NCBI RefSeq assembly: GCF_947581735.1
Contig: NZ_CANPVT010000026.1
Span: forward strand, 8,841-72,840
Reading direction: 5' to 3'
From: Candidatus Palauibacter soopunensis
Lineage (GTDB): Bacteria > Gemmatimonadota > Gemmatimonadetes > Palauibacterales > Palauibacteraceae
Length of the DNA: 64,000 bases
This document shows, piece by piece, positions 9,403 through 18,874 of this stretch. Made by a program: the position numbers and the translations under genes. The notes beneath the pieces are model-generated. The model was not told the DNA's origin. It ran no database searches and saw only the letters and a list, made by a program, of their open reading frames with translations. Each line of letters starts with the position of its first letter. The stretch's first letter is position 1.

Positions 9403-11705
9403 TCAGTACCCCCACTCGAATCTCGGCGTGTAGCCGTCCAGCGACGAATACTGCGGAGGCCAGGGGATCGGCGCCCCCGACGCGTAGGCGGCGTGCCGGG
9501 TCCAGTATGGGTCCCAGAGGTGTGCGCGGGCGAGACAGCAGAGGTCCGCGCGCCCCGCCGCGAGGATCGTGTTCACGTCCATGAACGAGGAGATGTTGCC
9601 CACGGCCATGGTCGCGATCCCCGCCTCGTGCCGGATGCGGTCCGAGAAGGGGGTCTGGTACTGGCGGCCGTAGACGGGCTCCTGCCAGGGGACGGTCTGC
9701 CCCGCCGAGACGTCGATGATGTCCACGCCCGCCTCGTTCAGGCGGTGCGCGACCTCGACGGCTCCGTCCGGCGTCATTCCGCCCTCGGCCCAGTCCACCG
9801 CGGAGATCCGGACGGAGATCGGCTTCTCCGGCGGCCACGCGGATCGCACCGCCGCCAGCACCTCGAGCGGGAAACGCAGCCGGCCGTCCACGTCGCCCCC
9901 GTATTCGTCCTCACGGACGTTGGTGAGAGGAGAGATGAAGCTGGCCAGCAGGTAGCCGTGCGCGAAGTGGATCTCCAGCAGGTCGAACCCGGCTTCCTCC
10001 GACATCTCCGCCGCGCGGCGGAACTCGGCCGTCACCCGATCCATGTCCTGCCGCGTCATTTCGCGCGGAACCGGGCTGTGCTCGAACCAGGGCACGGCGG
10101 AGGCCGCCATGATCGGCCAGCCGCCCTCTTCGAGCGGTTCGTTGTCGCCCTCCCACGACAAATGCGTGGAAGCCTTCCGGCCCGCGTGGCCGAGCTGCAT
10201 CCCGATCGCCGCGTCGGAATGGCGGTGCACGAAGTCGACGATCCGCTTCCAGGCGCCCACATGCGCGGGAGCGTACATCCCTGTGCAGCCCAGCGAGATG
10301 CGGCCCTCCCGGCTCACGTCCGTCATCTCCGACATCACGAGGCCGGCGCCGCCGATCGCGCGGCTGCCGAGGTTCACCAGGTGCCAGTCGTCCGGCGTCC
10401 CGTCCTCCGCCGAGTACTGGCACATGGCCGAGACGACGACCCGGTTCTTCAACTCGAGCTCCCGGAGCCGGAACGGGGCGAGGAGCGGGGGCGGCGCCGG
10501 GCCGCCCCGGATGGTCCCGGGGGGAGGTGCTCCGGCCCCGGCTGCCGCGTCCGCCGCGGCCCGCTCCGCGAACCAGCGGTCGACGCGCGCGGTGAACTCC
10601 GGATCGCGCAGGGCGAGGTTGGAATGGGTGATGCGAAGGCTGCGCGTGATGAGATTGAAGGCGAACTGCACGGGGTCCGTCTCCAGGAAGCGCTCGGTGC
10701 CCTCGAACCATTCGAGGCTCGCCTGGGCCGCCCTCTGCACGCTCTCGACCTCCGGCCTGCGGGCCGTCTCGTAGGCCTCCAGCGCGGGAGCCACCGCGAG
10801 ATCGTGGGCGAGAAGCGACTCGTGAAGCGAGATCGCGTCGATCATCGCAAGCCGGGTGCCCGACCCGATGGAGAAGTGGGCCGAGTGCGCGGCGTCGCCG
10901 ACGAGCACGATGTTGCCGTGGCGCCACGATCGGTTCCGGACGGTCGGGAAGCCCCGCCAGATCGAGCGATTCGCGATAAGTCGATGGGAGCCCAGTTCCT
11001 CGCGGAAGGTGTCCTCGAGGAAGGCGACGGTCTCCTCTTCGGAGGCGGCGTCCATGCCGGCGGCGCGCCACGTCGCCTCGGTCGCCTCGACGATGAAGGT
11101 GGAGACGGCTTCGTCCCCGGCGCCGCCGGGCCTGTACTGATACGCGTGTACCCGCCACAGACCGTGTTCGGTCTCCCGAAAATGGAACGTGAAGGCGGGG
11201 AACGGCTTCGTCGTGCCGAGCCACACGAACCGGTTGGGACGGAGATCGATGCGGGGGCCGAACGCGTCCGCGTATCGGTCCCGCATGCGGCTGTTCACTC
11301 CATCGGCGGCGAGCACGAGATCGGCGTCCGCGTACGCGTCCTCCGACTCGACGTCCACGCCGTACTTCAGATCGACGCCGAGTTCGCGCGCCCGCGACTC
11401 CAGGATCTCGAGGAGCGTGGTGCGCGCGAGGCCGCTGAACCCGTGTCCGGTCGACGTGAGCCGGTGGCCCCGGTAGTGGATGTCGATGTCGTCCCAGTGG
11501 TGGAAGGACCGCGTGATCGCGTCGTAACTCTCGCGGTCGGCGGCGGCCAGTTCCTCCAGCGTGGCGTCGGAGAACACGACGCCGAAGCCGTAGGTGTCGC
11601 CGGGATGGTTGCGCTCGAGGACGACGACGTCGTGCGCCGGGCCCGAGCGCTTCATCAGGATCGCGAAGTACAGGCCGGCCGGCCCGCCTCCGACGCAGAC
11701 GATCC
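9403..11705 (-). CDS. Fused FAD monooxygenase / Old-Yellow-Enzyme reductase: 2-aminobenzoyl-CoA monooxygenase/reductase-like (bifunctional salicylyl-CoA 5-hydroxylase type)
   Basis: N-terminal part has [12 protein letters not shown] (FAD Rossmann) and DG...D / GDAAH motifs of class A flavin monooxygenases. C-terminal part has OYE-like FMN TIM-barrel motifs (HGAHGYLL-like [17 protein letters not shown]). The start is uncertain: the frame is open to 12123 and overlaps the ACAD gene, and there is no ATG or GTG within about 100 nt after the ACAD stop (candidate CTG/ATC near 11700). Confidence 0.75.
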
Positions 11706-12866
11706 TCAGAGGTCGTCCTCGTCGCGCGCGGCGTCGAGCAGATGACGCGCGATGATGAGACGCTGAATCTCCGTTGCGCCCTCGTAGATGCGGAGGGCTC
11801 TCACGGAGCGGTAGAGCCGGTCGACCGGATGGTCCGCCAGCACGCCGCGTCCGCCGAGGATCTGCACGGCGTCGTCCACCACCCCCTGCGCGATTTCGGT
11901 CGCGAAGGACTTTGCCATGGCGGCTTCGAGGTCGGTGCGGTCCGCCCCGCCGTCGCGTTCCCAGGCGGCTCGATACACAAGAAGCCGGGCGGCGGTCAGG
12001 TCGGTGCCCATGCGTCCCACCTTCTCCTGCGTGATCTGGAAGTCGGCGAGCGCCCGTCCGAACTGTCGGCGCGAGAGGGCGTGGTGGAGCGCTTCGTGCA
12101 GCGCGCGCCCCGCCATCCCGCACGCCGCGGCTCCGACGGTGGGGCGCAGGCGGTCGAGCGTCGCGAGCCCGAGCTTGTACCCTTCGCCCTCGGCTCCGAC
12201 GCGGGCCGCGGCCGGCAGCCGACAGTCCTCGAGCGCGATCTCGCCCAGCGGGTGGGGGTCGGCCATCACAAGCGGCCGCACGAAGCGGAACCCCTTCGTG
12301 TCCGCCGGGAGGAGGAAGGCGGAGATCCCCGCCACGCCCTCGCCGGGGTCGGTGACCGCGAACAGGAGATAGAAATCCGCGATCCCGGCGTTCGAGATGA
12401 AGGTCTTCACGCCGTTGAGGATGTAATCGTTCCCGTCACGGACGGCGGCCGTGCGCATGGCGGCGACGTCGGACCCCGCCTCCGGCTCGCTCATCGCGAA
12501 AGCGGCCACGGCTCGCCCCCGGATGGCGCGGTCGAGCCACAGCCGCCGCTGCCGCTCGTCGCCGGCCAGTGCGATCGGGGTCGAGCCCAACGCCTGGAGC
12601 GCGAACATCGCGTCCGCGAGCGGCGAGTAGAAGGCCAGCGTCTCACGGATCACGGAACAAGCCCGGAAGTCCTGTCGGGCGATCGCCTTCAGCCAGCCGC
12701 CACGCCCGAGGGATGCGCAGATCTCCCGTGCATACCGGCGGGCGAGATCATCGTCGTCCCGATGCGCGTGTTCGGCGAACTCGGACGCCGCGTAGCGCTC
12801 GAGGCCCTCCCCGAGTTCGAGGTGCCGCGGTTCGAGAAAGGCGCGGACCGGATGGAGGTCGATCAC
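11706..12866 (-). CDS. Acyl-CoA dehydrogenase
   Basis: 387 aa from GTG 12866, which overlaps the ECH stop (GTGA). ACAD motifs present ([39 protein letters not shown]). The ORF-track start 13385 runs through the ECH gene, so I rejected it. Confidence 0.85.
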   Translation of the reverse strand: MIDLHPVRAFLEPRHLELGEGLERYAASEFAEHAHRDDDDLARRYAREICASLGRGGWLKAIARQDFRACSVIRETLAFYSPLADAMFALQALGSTPIALAGDERQRRLWLDRAIRGRAVAAFAMSEPEAGSDVAAMRTAAVRDGNDYILNGVKTFISNAGIADFYLLFAVTDPGEGVAGISAFLLPADTKGFRFVRPLVMADPHPLGEIALEDCRLPAAARVGAEGEGYKLGLATLDRLRPTVGAAACGMAGRALHEALHHALSRRQFGRALADFQITQEKVGRMGTDLTAARLLVYRAAWERDGGADRTDLEAAMAKSFATEIAQGVVDDAVQILGGRGVLADHPVDRLYRSVRALRIYEGATEIQRLIIARHLLDAARDEDDL

Positions 12867-13663
12867 GAGAATACCGCCGCCCGCTTCTCGACGAAGGCCC
12901 GGAAGCCCTCGCGGAAGTTCGGGTCCTCCATGCAGGCGGCCTGCAGACGGGCCTCCTCGGCGAGCGCGTCGCGTAGCGTCATGTGCGCCTCCCTCTCCAG
13001 CGCGTGCTTGGTGACGGACAGCGCGGAGGATGGTCCCGCCGCCAGCCGCGCCGCCCACTCCGTTCCCGCGGCGAGCGCTTCGCCATCGGGCACGACCCGA
13101 TTGTACAGCCCGAGACGGAGCGCCTCCCGAGCGTCGAGAAAGTCGCCCGTCATCAAAAGCTCCGTCGCCCGCCCGAGACCGATGATTCGCGGCAGGAGCC
13201 AGGCGATGCCCATGTCGGCGCCGGAAAGCCCGACGCGGGTGAACAGGTAGGCGATCTTCGCGGATTCCGCCGCGATCCGCACATCGCACGCGGTTGCGAT
13301 CACGGCCCCGGCTCCCGCCACCGTCCCGTTCAGGGCGCCGACGACGGGTCGGCCGCACTCCCGCATGGCGGCGATCAGGTCGCACGTCATTCGTGTGAAG
13401 TCGAGCAGTTCCGCGGAGTCCATTTCGAGGAGCGGCCCGATGATGTCGCGCACATCTCCGCCCGTGCAGAAGGCGGTGCCGGCCCCCGTGATCACGACCG
13501 CGCGGACCCCCGGTTCCGCGTCGAGTGCGCGGAACGTGTTTCGGAGTTCGTCGTAGACCTCGAAGGTCAGGGCGTTACGCCGTTCGGGGCGGTTCAGCGT
13601 GATCGTCGCCACGGAGGTCGCGGCATCGACATCGTACAGGAATGAAGTCGGGGTCAGAGGCAC
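12863..13663 (-). CDS. Enoyl-CoA hydratase/isomerase (crotonase family)
   Basis: GTG at 13663 (VPLTPTSFLYDVD...) gives 266 aa. Crotonase oxyanion motifs AVVITGAGTAFCTGGD and ALNGTVAGAGA are present. The longer ORF-track start 13741 would overlap the RidA gene. Confidence 0.85.
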   Translation of the reverse strand: MPLTPTSFLYDVDAATSVATITLNRPERRNALTFEVYDELRNTFRALDAEPGVRAVVITGAGTAFCTGGDVRDIIGPLLEMDSAELLDFTRMTCDLIAAMRECGRPVVGALNGTVAGAGAVIATACDVRIAAESAKIAYLFTRVGLSGADMGIAWLLPRIIGLGRATELLMTGDFLDAREALRLGLYNRVVPDGEALAAGTEWAARLAAGPSSALSVTKHALEREAHMTLRDALAEEARLQAACMEDPNFREGFRAFVEKRAAVFS

Positions 13664-13694
13664 GGCGCGCTTCCTTCCGAGGGGTGGTGCGGGG

Positions 13695-14102
13695 TCACGG
13701 CAGGACGGCGGTCGCCTCGATCTCGACCTGCGCGCCGGCATCGACGAGCGCGCTGACCTCGACGAGCGCCATGGCGGGGTAGTGCCGGCCGAGCCGGGCG
13801 CGCCACGTCGCCCCGAGTTCGGAACGCGCGTCGCGGTAGGTGGCGAGATCCGTCACGTAGATGGTCATCCGTCCGATATGCGCAGGCTCTCCGCCCGCCG
13901 CCCGGACGACCGCCAGCACGCGGTCGAGCGCGAGCGCGAACTGCGCGGCGAAGTCCGGCGTCTCAATGCGTCCGCTCGATCCGCTCGCCGTTTGCCCGGC
14001 GACGAACAGCACGCGCCCGCCGGGAGGAGCGAGGAGCCCATGATTCCAGCCCCGCGGCTCGCCCAGCGCGGCCGGATTCAGCACCTCGAACGGGTCGGTC
14101 AC
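13695..14102 (-). CDS. RidA/YjgF-family reactive-intermediate (enamine/imine) deaminase
   Basis: 135 aa. ATG overlaps the SDR stop (ATGA). YjgF-like motifs (RVLFVAGQ..., PARSAVEV-like ALVEV). Confidence 0.75.
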   Translation of the reverse strand: MTDPFEVLNPAALGEPRGWNHGLLAPPGGRVLFVAGQTASGSSGRIETPDFAAQFALALDRVLAVVRAAGGEPAHIGRMTIYVTDLATYRDARSELGATWRARLGRHYPAMALVEVSALVDAGAQVEIEATAVLP

Positions 14103-14881
14103 TGGAGAGCCGACGTGGCGCCGCCGTCCAGCACGACGGTCTGGCCGTTGATGCTCAGCGCTTCGTCTTCACACAGGAACGCGATGGTTGCCGCGACCTC
14201 CCCGGGGGCGATGAGCCTCCGCTGCGGCGTCGTCGCAAGAATCGCGTCGAGCGCGTCCGTCTCTTCCATGTCCGTTCGCTTCACGATGTTCTCGATCGTT
14301 GCATCCGTCATCGGGGTGTCGACGTAGCCGGGACAGACCGCGTTCACCGTGACCCCGGCTCCGGCCACTTCGGCGGCGGCGGAGCGCGTGAGTCCGAGAA
14401 GGGCGTGCTTCGACGCGGCGTAGGCGGCGATGTAGCGTGCTCCGCGCAGCGCGGCGACCGAGGCCACGTTCACGATCCGGCCCCAGCCGCGTTCCATCAT
14501 GCCGGGAAGCACGCCCTGCATCGCGAGCAACGCACCGGTCGCGTTGATGCGCCACAGCCGGTCCCACTCCTCCAGGGCGAGTTTCACGATGGCGGCCGAA
14601 CTGGCCACGCCGGCATTGTTGACGAGGATGTCCACGGCTCCGAGCCGGTTCGCGGCCTCGCGGCACAGGTCCTCCACCTTCGCCGGGTCCGACACGTCGC
14701 ACGTCGCCGCCCACGCCTCGCCGCCACGGTCCCGAAGCTCGGCCGCGACCGCCCCGATCTCCGCCGTGCTCCGCGCCGCGAGGACCAGTCGGACGCCTCG
14801 GTCCGCCAGCGTCCGTGCCGTCGCGGCTCCGATGCCGCGCCCTCCGCCCGTGATGAGAGCGCCACGTCCGGCGAGACTCAT
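14099..14881 (-). CDS. SDR-family oxidoreductase (3-hydroxyacyl-CoA / 3-oxoacyl reductase-like)
   Basis: TGGGRGIGAA Rossmann motif, NNAG, and catalytic YAASK. ATG overlaps the creatininase-family stop (ATGA). Confidence 0.85.
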   Translation of the reverse strand: MSLAGRGALITGGGRGIGAATARTLADRGVRLVLAARSTAEIGAVAAELRDRGGEAWAATCDVSDPAKVEDLCREAANRLGAVDILVNNAGVASSAAIVKLALEEWDRLWRINATGALLAMQGVLPGMMERGWGRIVNVASVAALRGARYIAAYAASKHALLGLTRSAAAEVAGAGVTVNAVCPGYVDTPMTDATIENIVKRTDMEETDALDAILATTPQRRLIAPGEVAATIAFLCEDEALSINGQTVVLDGGATSALQ

Positions 14882-15642
14882 GCTTTCTCCTCCCTCAGGG
14901 CTTCTCCCACCGCTTCCGCGAGGATGTCTCCGAGCGTCTCAATGGTAGCACGTCCCTCTTCCGCCGTCGCCTGCGACGGGTAGCCGAAATAGGCCCGCGT
15001 CCCCCCCGCTTCCGCGAAGTCTCCCAGTCCGGCCCCAATCGCCGCGGAGAGGGAGACGGGATTGTCCTCCAGCTCGCGCATGATCTCCTCCCGCACGCGC
15101 CCGGGGCTGCGGGCGAGGAGGATCGAGCCCTCGTACTGCCCGGCATGACAGGCCCCGCTCCGGAACTCCTTCGTCAGCCGGTTTCCCCACGGCCGGCGCG
15201 TCACATCCGGAAACACGACGCGAATGGCGTCGCCCTCGGCGATCGCCGCGGCGGCGGCCCGGAGCGCCTCGAGGTTGGCGGGGTCGAAGTGCGCGTTCGC
15301 GATCGCCAGGGTGACGATCCCGGCCCGTCGCAGGCTGGCGGCGATGTCGACGAGCAGAGCGGTGAGCGTCGCGGGGCCGATGTCGATCGTGCCGGGAAAC
15401 CTCGCGGCGAACGCGGCGGGCGTGTAGCGGAGGCCGTCGAGGAGCACGATCTGCAGACCGCGAGCCGAGAGTCGTCGCGCGCCGGCTTCCGCCATCGCTT
15501 CGGCGATGGTGACATCGGTGTCGAGAGGCAGGTGGGGGCCGTGCGCTTCGGTGGCTCCCACGGGCAGGATGGCGACCGTCCGATCGGAGTCGAGCGCCCC
15601 GACCTCTTCCCAGGTGAGGTCCGAAAGCCTGTACAGAGTCAT
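14878..15642 (-). CDS. Creatininase-family amidohydrolase
   Basis: ILPVGATEAHGPHLPLDTD is the creatininase/ArfB-family metal-binding signature. 254 aa. First gene of the minus-strand operon. Confidence 0.75.
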   Translation of the reverse strand: MTLYRLSDLTWEEVGALDSDRTVAILPVGATEAHGPHLPLDTDVTIAEAMAEAGARRLSARGLQIVLLDGLRYTPAAFAARFPGTIDIGPATLTALLVDIAASLRRAGIVTLAIANAHFDPANLEALRAAAAAIAEGDAIRVVFPDVTRRPWGNRLTKEFRSGACHAGQYEGSILLARSPGRVREEIMRELEDNPVSLSAAIGAGLGDFAEAGGTRAYFGYPSQATAEEGRATIETLGDILAEAVGEALREEKA

Positions 15643-15772
15643 GGAGTCTCGCTACGCCGTGCCAGAGAGGGGCGCAAGTCCGGGCGGGCCGCGTCGGTTG
15701 TAGACGCGCCGGGCCGCGCATACCACACTAGACCCGAGCCAGACGCCGGACGACCCCCGCCGACGGAGCCCG

Positions 15773-17371
15773 ATGCGAGACCCCGCGCCGCAGCAGATCT
15801 TCGATCCGCCCGAGCGCTTCAACATCGCCGATTACTTCCTGGGCGACCGCATCCGGGAGGGGCGGGGCGGCCGCCGCGCGCTCCTCACCGACGACGGCGA
15901 GACGACCTATGCCGAGGTCGACGCGCTCGCGAACCGCTACGGCCACCTCCTGCGCCGCGCCGGCGTGCGACCGGAGGAGCGGGTCCTCATCGCGCTCCCG
16001 GACGGACCGGACTTCGTCGGCGCGCTCTTCGGCACGCTGCGGATCGGCGCCGTGGGCGTCATGCTGAACCCGTATCTTCGGCGCGACGAGATCTCGTACT
16101 TCTTTCGTTACACGCGCGGCGCCATCCTTCTCGTGGACTCCGGGCGCGCGGACGCCTTCCGCGAAGCCGGGTCCGCGACGGATGACGGAGGGGCGATCCG
16201 CTGGGGCGAAGGGATCTCCGCCCCGCGCGAAACGTTCGTTGTGGACCGGCCGCGGTTCAGGGAGCGTCTGGACGGCCAACCGGCGACGCTGGATCCGTAC
16301 CCCACTCACCGGCACGATCCCGCCCTCTGGCTGTTCAGCGGCGGGACGACCGGTCGCCCGAAAGGCGTCGTGCAGACGCACGCTTCGTTCGCCAACACGA
16401 CGGAGTGCTACGGCAAGCGGATACTGGGTCTGACGGAGGACGACATCACGCTTTCCGTCCCGAAACTGTTCTTCGGCTACGCCACCGGATCCAACCTCTT
16501 CTTCCCCTTCTCGGTCGGGGCGACCGCGGCCCTCTTCCCGGAGCGCTGCAGTCCGGACGTCCTGTTCGGGAAGATCGCGCGATTCCGCCCCACCGTACTC
16601 GTCAACGTGCCCACCATGATCCGGCTCATGGTGGCGCACCCGGACGCGGCCGCGAGCGATCTCTCATGCCTTCGTCTCGCGACCTCGGCGGGCGAGGCGC
16701 TGCCGCCCGAACTTCACCGGCGCTGGCGGGACGCGTGGGGCGTACCGCTCCTGGACGGGCTGGGGACGGCGGAAATGTGGCACATCTTTCTCAGCAACCG
16801 TCCGGACGAGGTGCATCCGGGCACGCTGGGGCGCGCGGTGCCGGGTTTCGAGGTGCGGGTCTGCGACGACGAGGGGCGAGAACTTCCGGACGGCGAAGTG
16901 GGTTGGCTCCGGGTCCGCGGCGGATCGCGGGCGCTGGGGTACTGGCAGCGGGCGCGGGCGACGGCGGAGGCCTTCCGGGGCGAGTGGTACGTGTCGGGCG
17001 ACATGGTCGTCCGCGACGAACGGGGGGTCTTCCGCTACTGCGGGCGCGGCGACGACATGCTCAAGGTGAAGGGAAAGTGGCTGTCGCCCGGCGAGGTGGA
17101 GGACTGCCTGCTGCGGCACGAGGCCGTGGCGGAGGCGGCCGTGGTCGGCGTCCCGACCCCCGAGGGTCTCGTGGAGCCGGTCGCCTGGGTCGTCCCGACG
17201 AAACCGGCCGCCGGAAGAGCCGGCGAGCTTCCACCGGAACTCAGGGAATTCGTCGGTGCGCGGCTGTCCTCGTACAAGACGCCCGCCGCCGTTCACGTAG
17301 TGGCGGATCTGCCCAGGACACACCTCGGAAAGGTCGATCGCGCCGCACTCCGCGATCGATCCCGGAGCTGA
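15773..17371 (+). CDS. Benzoate/anthranilate-CoA ligase family (AMP-forming)
   Basis: AMP-binding motif LFSGGTTGRPKGV, then YGTAE-like GTAEM and the LGKVDR terminal lysine motif. Divergent from the catabolic operon. Confidence 0.85.
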   Translation: MRDPAPQQIFDPPERFNIADYFLGDRIREGRGGRRALLTDDGETTYAEVDALANRYGHLLRRAGVRPEERVLIALPDGPDFVGALFGTLRIGAVGVMLNPYLRRDEISYFFRYTRGAILLVDSGRADAFREAGSATDDGGAIRWGEGISAPRETFVVDRPRFRERLDGQPATLDPYPTHRHDPALWLFSGGTTGRPKGVVQTHASFANTTECYGKRILGLTEDDITLSVPKLFFGYATGSNLFFPFSVGATAALFPERCSPDVLFGKIARFRPTVLVNVPTMIRLMVAHPDAAASDLSCLRLATSAGEALPPELHRRWRDAWGVPLLDGLGTAEMWHIFLSNRPDEVHPGTLGRAVPGFEVRVCDDEGRELPDGEVGWLRVRGGSRALGYWQRARATAEAFRGEWYVSGDMVVRDERGVFRYCGRGDDMLKVKGKWLSPGEVEDCLLRHEAVAEAAVVGVPTPEGLVEPVAWVVPTKPAAGRAGELPPELREFVGARLSSYKTPAAVHVVADLPRTHLGKVDRAALRDRSRS

Positions 17372-17384
17372 CCCCCGCGGCGTT

Positions 17385-18629
17385 CTAGTCGCCGTCGAGA
17401 TGTGCCATGACGAGTCCGCTCCGGATCTTGGGCTCGAACCAGGTCGACTTGGGAGGCATCATCCGGCGCTGCCGGCAGACCGCGACAAACTGGTCCATCG
17501 TCACGGCGGGTAGCGTGACGGCCAGATCGGCTCGACCCCCGTCCACTTCGGCCGCGAGCCACGCCGCGTCCTTGTTGGCGCCGACGAAAGTGAGCCGCTC
17601 GTCGGCCGCATCGGGGATGCCCAGATCCGCGAAGAGCGTCCGCTGCACGATATCGTGGTCGATGGAGGCCGCGGCGTCCGCCTCGTCGTAGACGCCGGCC
17701 CGCGGCGAGGCGCGCCGCCAACCCCCGTCCGCCGTGTACACGCCGATCACATGTGTCTCTTCCGGCTGCAGGGGCCCGTCTCCGGCAAGCGCTACGTCGA
17801 ACGAACGCGCCAGCGCCGACTCCACCGGCGCGACGCGGTCGCCGGGAAGCCGGGCCAGCCGATTGTAGGGGGAGATCCCCATCCGGTCGGCCGGAAAGAA
17901 CACCGCGAGAAAGGACTCGTGTCCCAGCATGGCCGCGGCGGCGCTCCGGTGGTTCCCGTCGGCCACGTACGCCTCCGGCTGGTCCGCAAGAAGGCGCTGC
18001 AGACGCGTCACCGCGCCCGGCTCGGCGACGAGCCAGATGTGATGCGTCGTCCCCAGGCGCCCCTCGACCTCGAAATCGGCCGCCGTTCCGTCCGCATGAC
18101 GCTCGAGCGCCGCCGCGAACGCCCCGGACTCGTCCGGGACCGCATTGTTCACGGTCCCGATGATGGCGCCCGTCGCCTCGATGAGCCGGGCGCGTCCCCT
18201 CGCCTTGGGCGGGCGAACCCCTTCGTTCCGGATGATTGGCCCGGCCGGCGTGTCTTCCGTCCGGATCTCGTCCGTGCGGGCCAATCCGCCGAGGCCGATC
18301 TGGCGCACGCCGGGGCGCCGCGGATCCACGATCTCATAGATGTACAGGGTCCTCTTCACCTCGTGCGTAAGCGGGGAGGCGCGCAGGCGCTCGAAGTTGC
18401 GGCGCGCCCGCGCGAGCGACTCCTCCGAGTCTCCCCTCAGGATCCGGTCCGGGCTCGTCACGGCGCAGTGCGCCATGGTGACGTTCAGCACCGAATCAGG
18501 TGCGTCCCGGATGGCTTCCCAGATCTCGTGGTCCCCCTGAAACTCATCGTAGTTGAGCGCGGAGACGCGGCGCGCGGCCGCGGAATCGACGGGCACGAGC
18601 GCGCGGCGGATGGGGCGTATCGTGAGCAT
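17385..18629 (-). CDS. DUF1015-family protein
   Basis: About 415 aa conserved hypothetical. Start placed at MLTIRPI (the ORF-track start 18692 adds 21 aa). Family assignment is from memory of DUF1015 sequence character. Confidence 0.4.
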   Translation of the reverse strand: MLTIRPIRRALVPVDSAAARRVSALNYDEFQGDHEIWEAIRDAPDSVLNVTMAHCAVTSPDRILRGDSEESLARARRNFERLRASPLTHEVKRTLYIYEIVDPRRPGVRQIGLGGLARTDEIRTEDTPAGPIIRNEGVRPPKARGRARLIEATGAIIGTVNNAVPDESGAFAAALERHADGTAADFEVEGRLGTTHHIWLVAEPGAVTRLQRLLADQPEAYVADGNHRSAAAAMLGHESFLAVFFPADRMGISPYNRLARLPGDRVAPVESALARSFDVALAGDGPLQPEETHVIGVYTADGGWRRASPRAGVYDEADAAASIDHDIVQRTLFADLGIPDAADERLTFVGANKDAAWLAAEVDGGRADLAVTLPAVTMDQFVAVCRQRRMMPPKSTWFEPKIRSGLVMAHLDGD

Positions 18630-18874
18630 TTCGCAACGAACCGGGTTCGAGTATCGAGTCGGGCGCGGTTGACCTCGCCAAGACCCTGTCAACCGGAGAC
18701 ATCCCGCGCAACGCCCCCTGGTGAAGGGAGCCTCCCGGCGCCTGATGCGCGGACGGCGGGTTGCCCGCGCGAGGCCGGAGCGTTTCTTATTCAGAGGAGT
18801 GTCGCGTCCCCCCGGCCGGCTCGGCCGTGCCCGGGGGGTGTGGCATGCCGGTCGAAACGAGTGCTGGAGGCTTC

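Noticed and set aside
9349-11745. 798-aa plus-strand ORF
   Set aside because: Antisense to the monooxygenase/OYE fusion gene. No recognisable domains.
9403-12123. Using the ORF-track start (12123) for the monooxygenase/OYE fusion
   Set aside because: That N-terminal 140-aa extension is low-complexity and overlaps the acyl-CoA dehydrogenase gene by more than 400 nt. The conserved FAD motif begins right after the ACAD stop.
11742-13250. 502-aa plus-strand ORF
   Set aside because: Antisense to the acyl-CoA dehydrogenase and enoyl-CoA hydratase genes, both of which have strong motifs.
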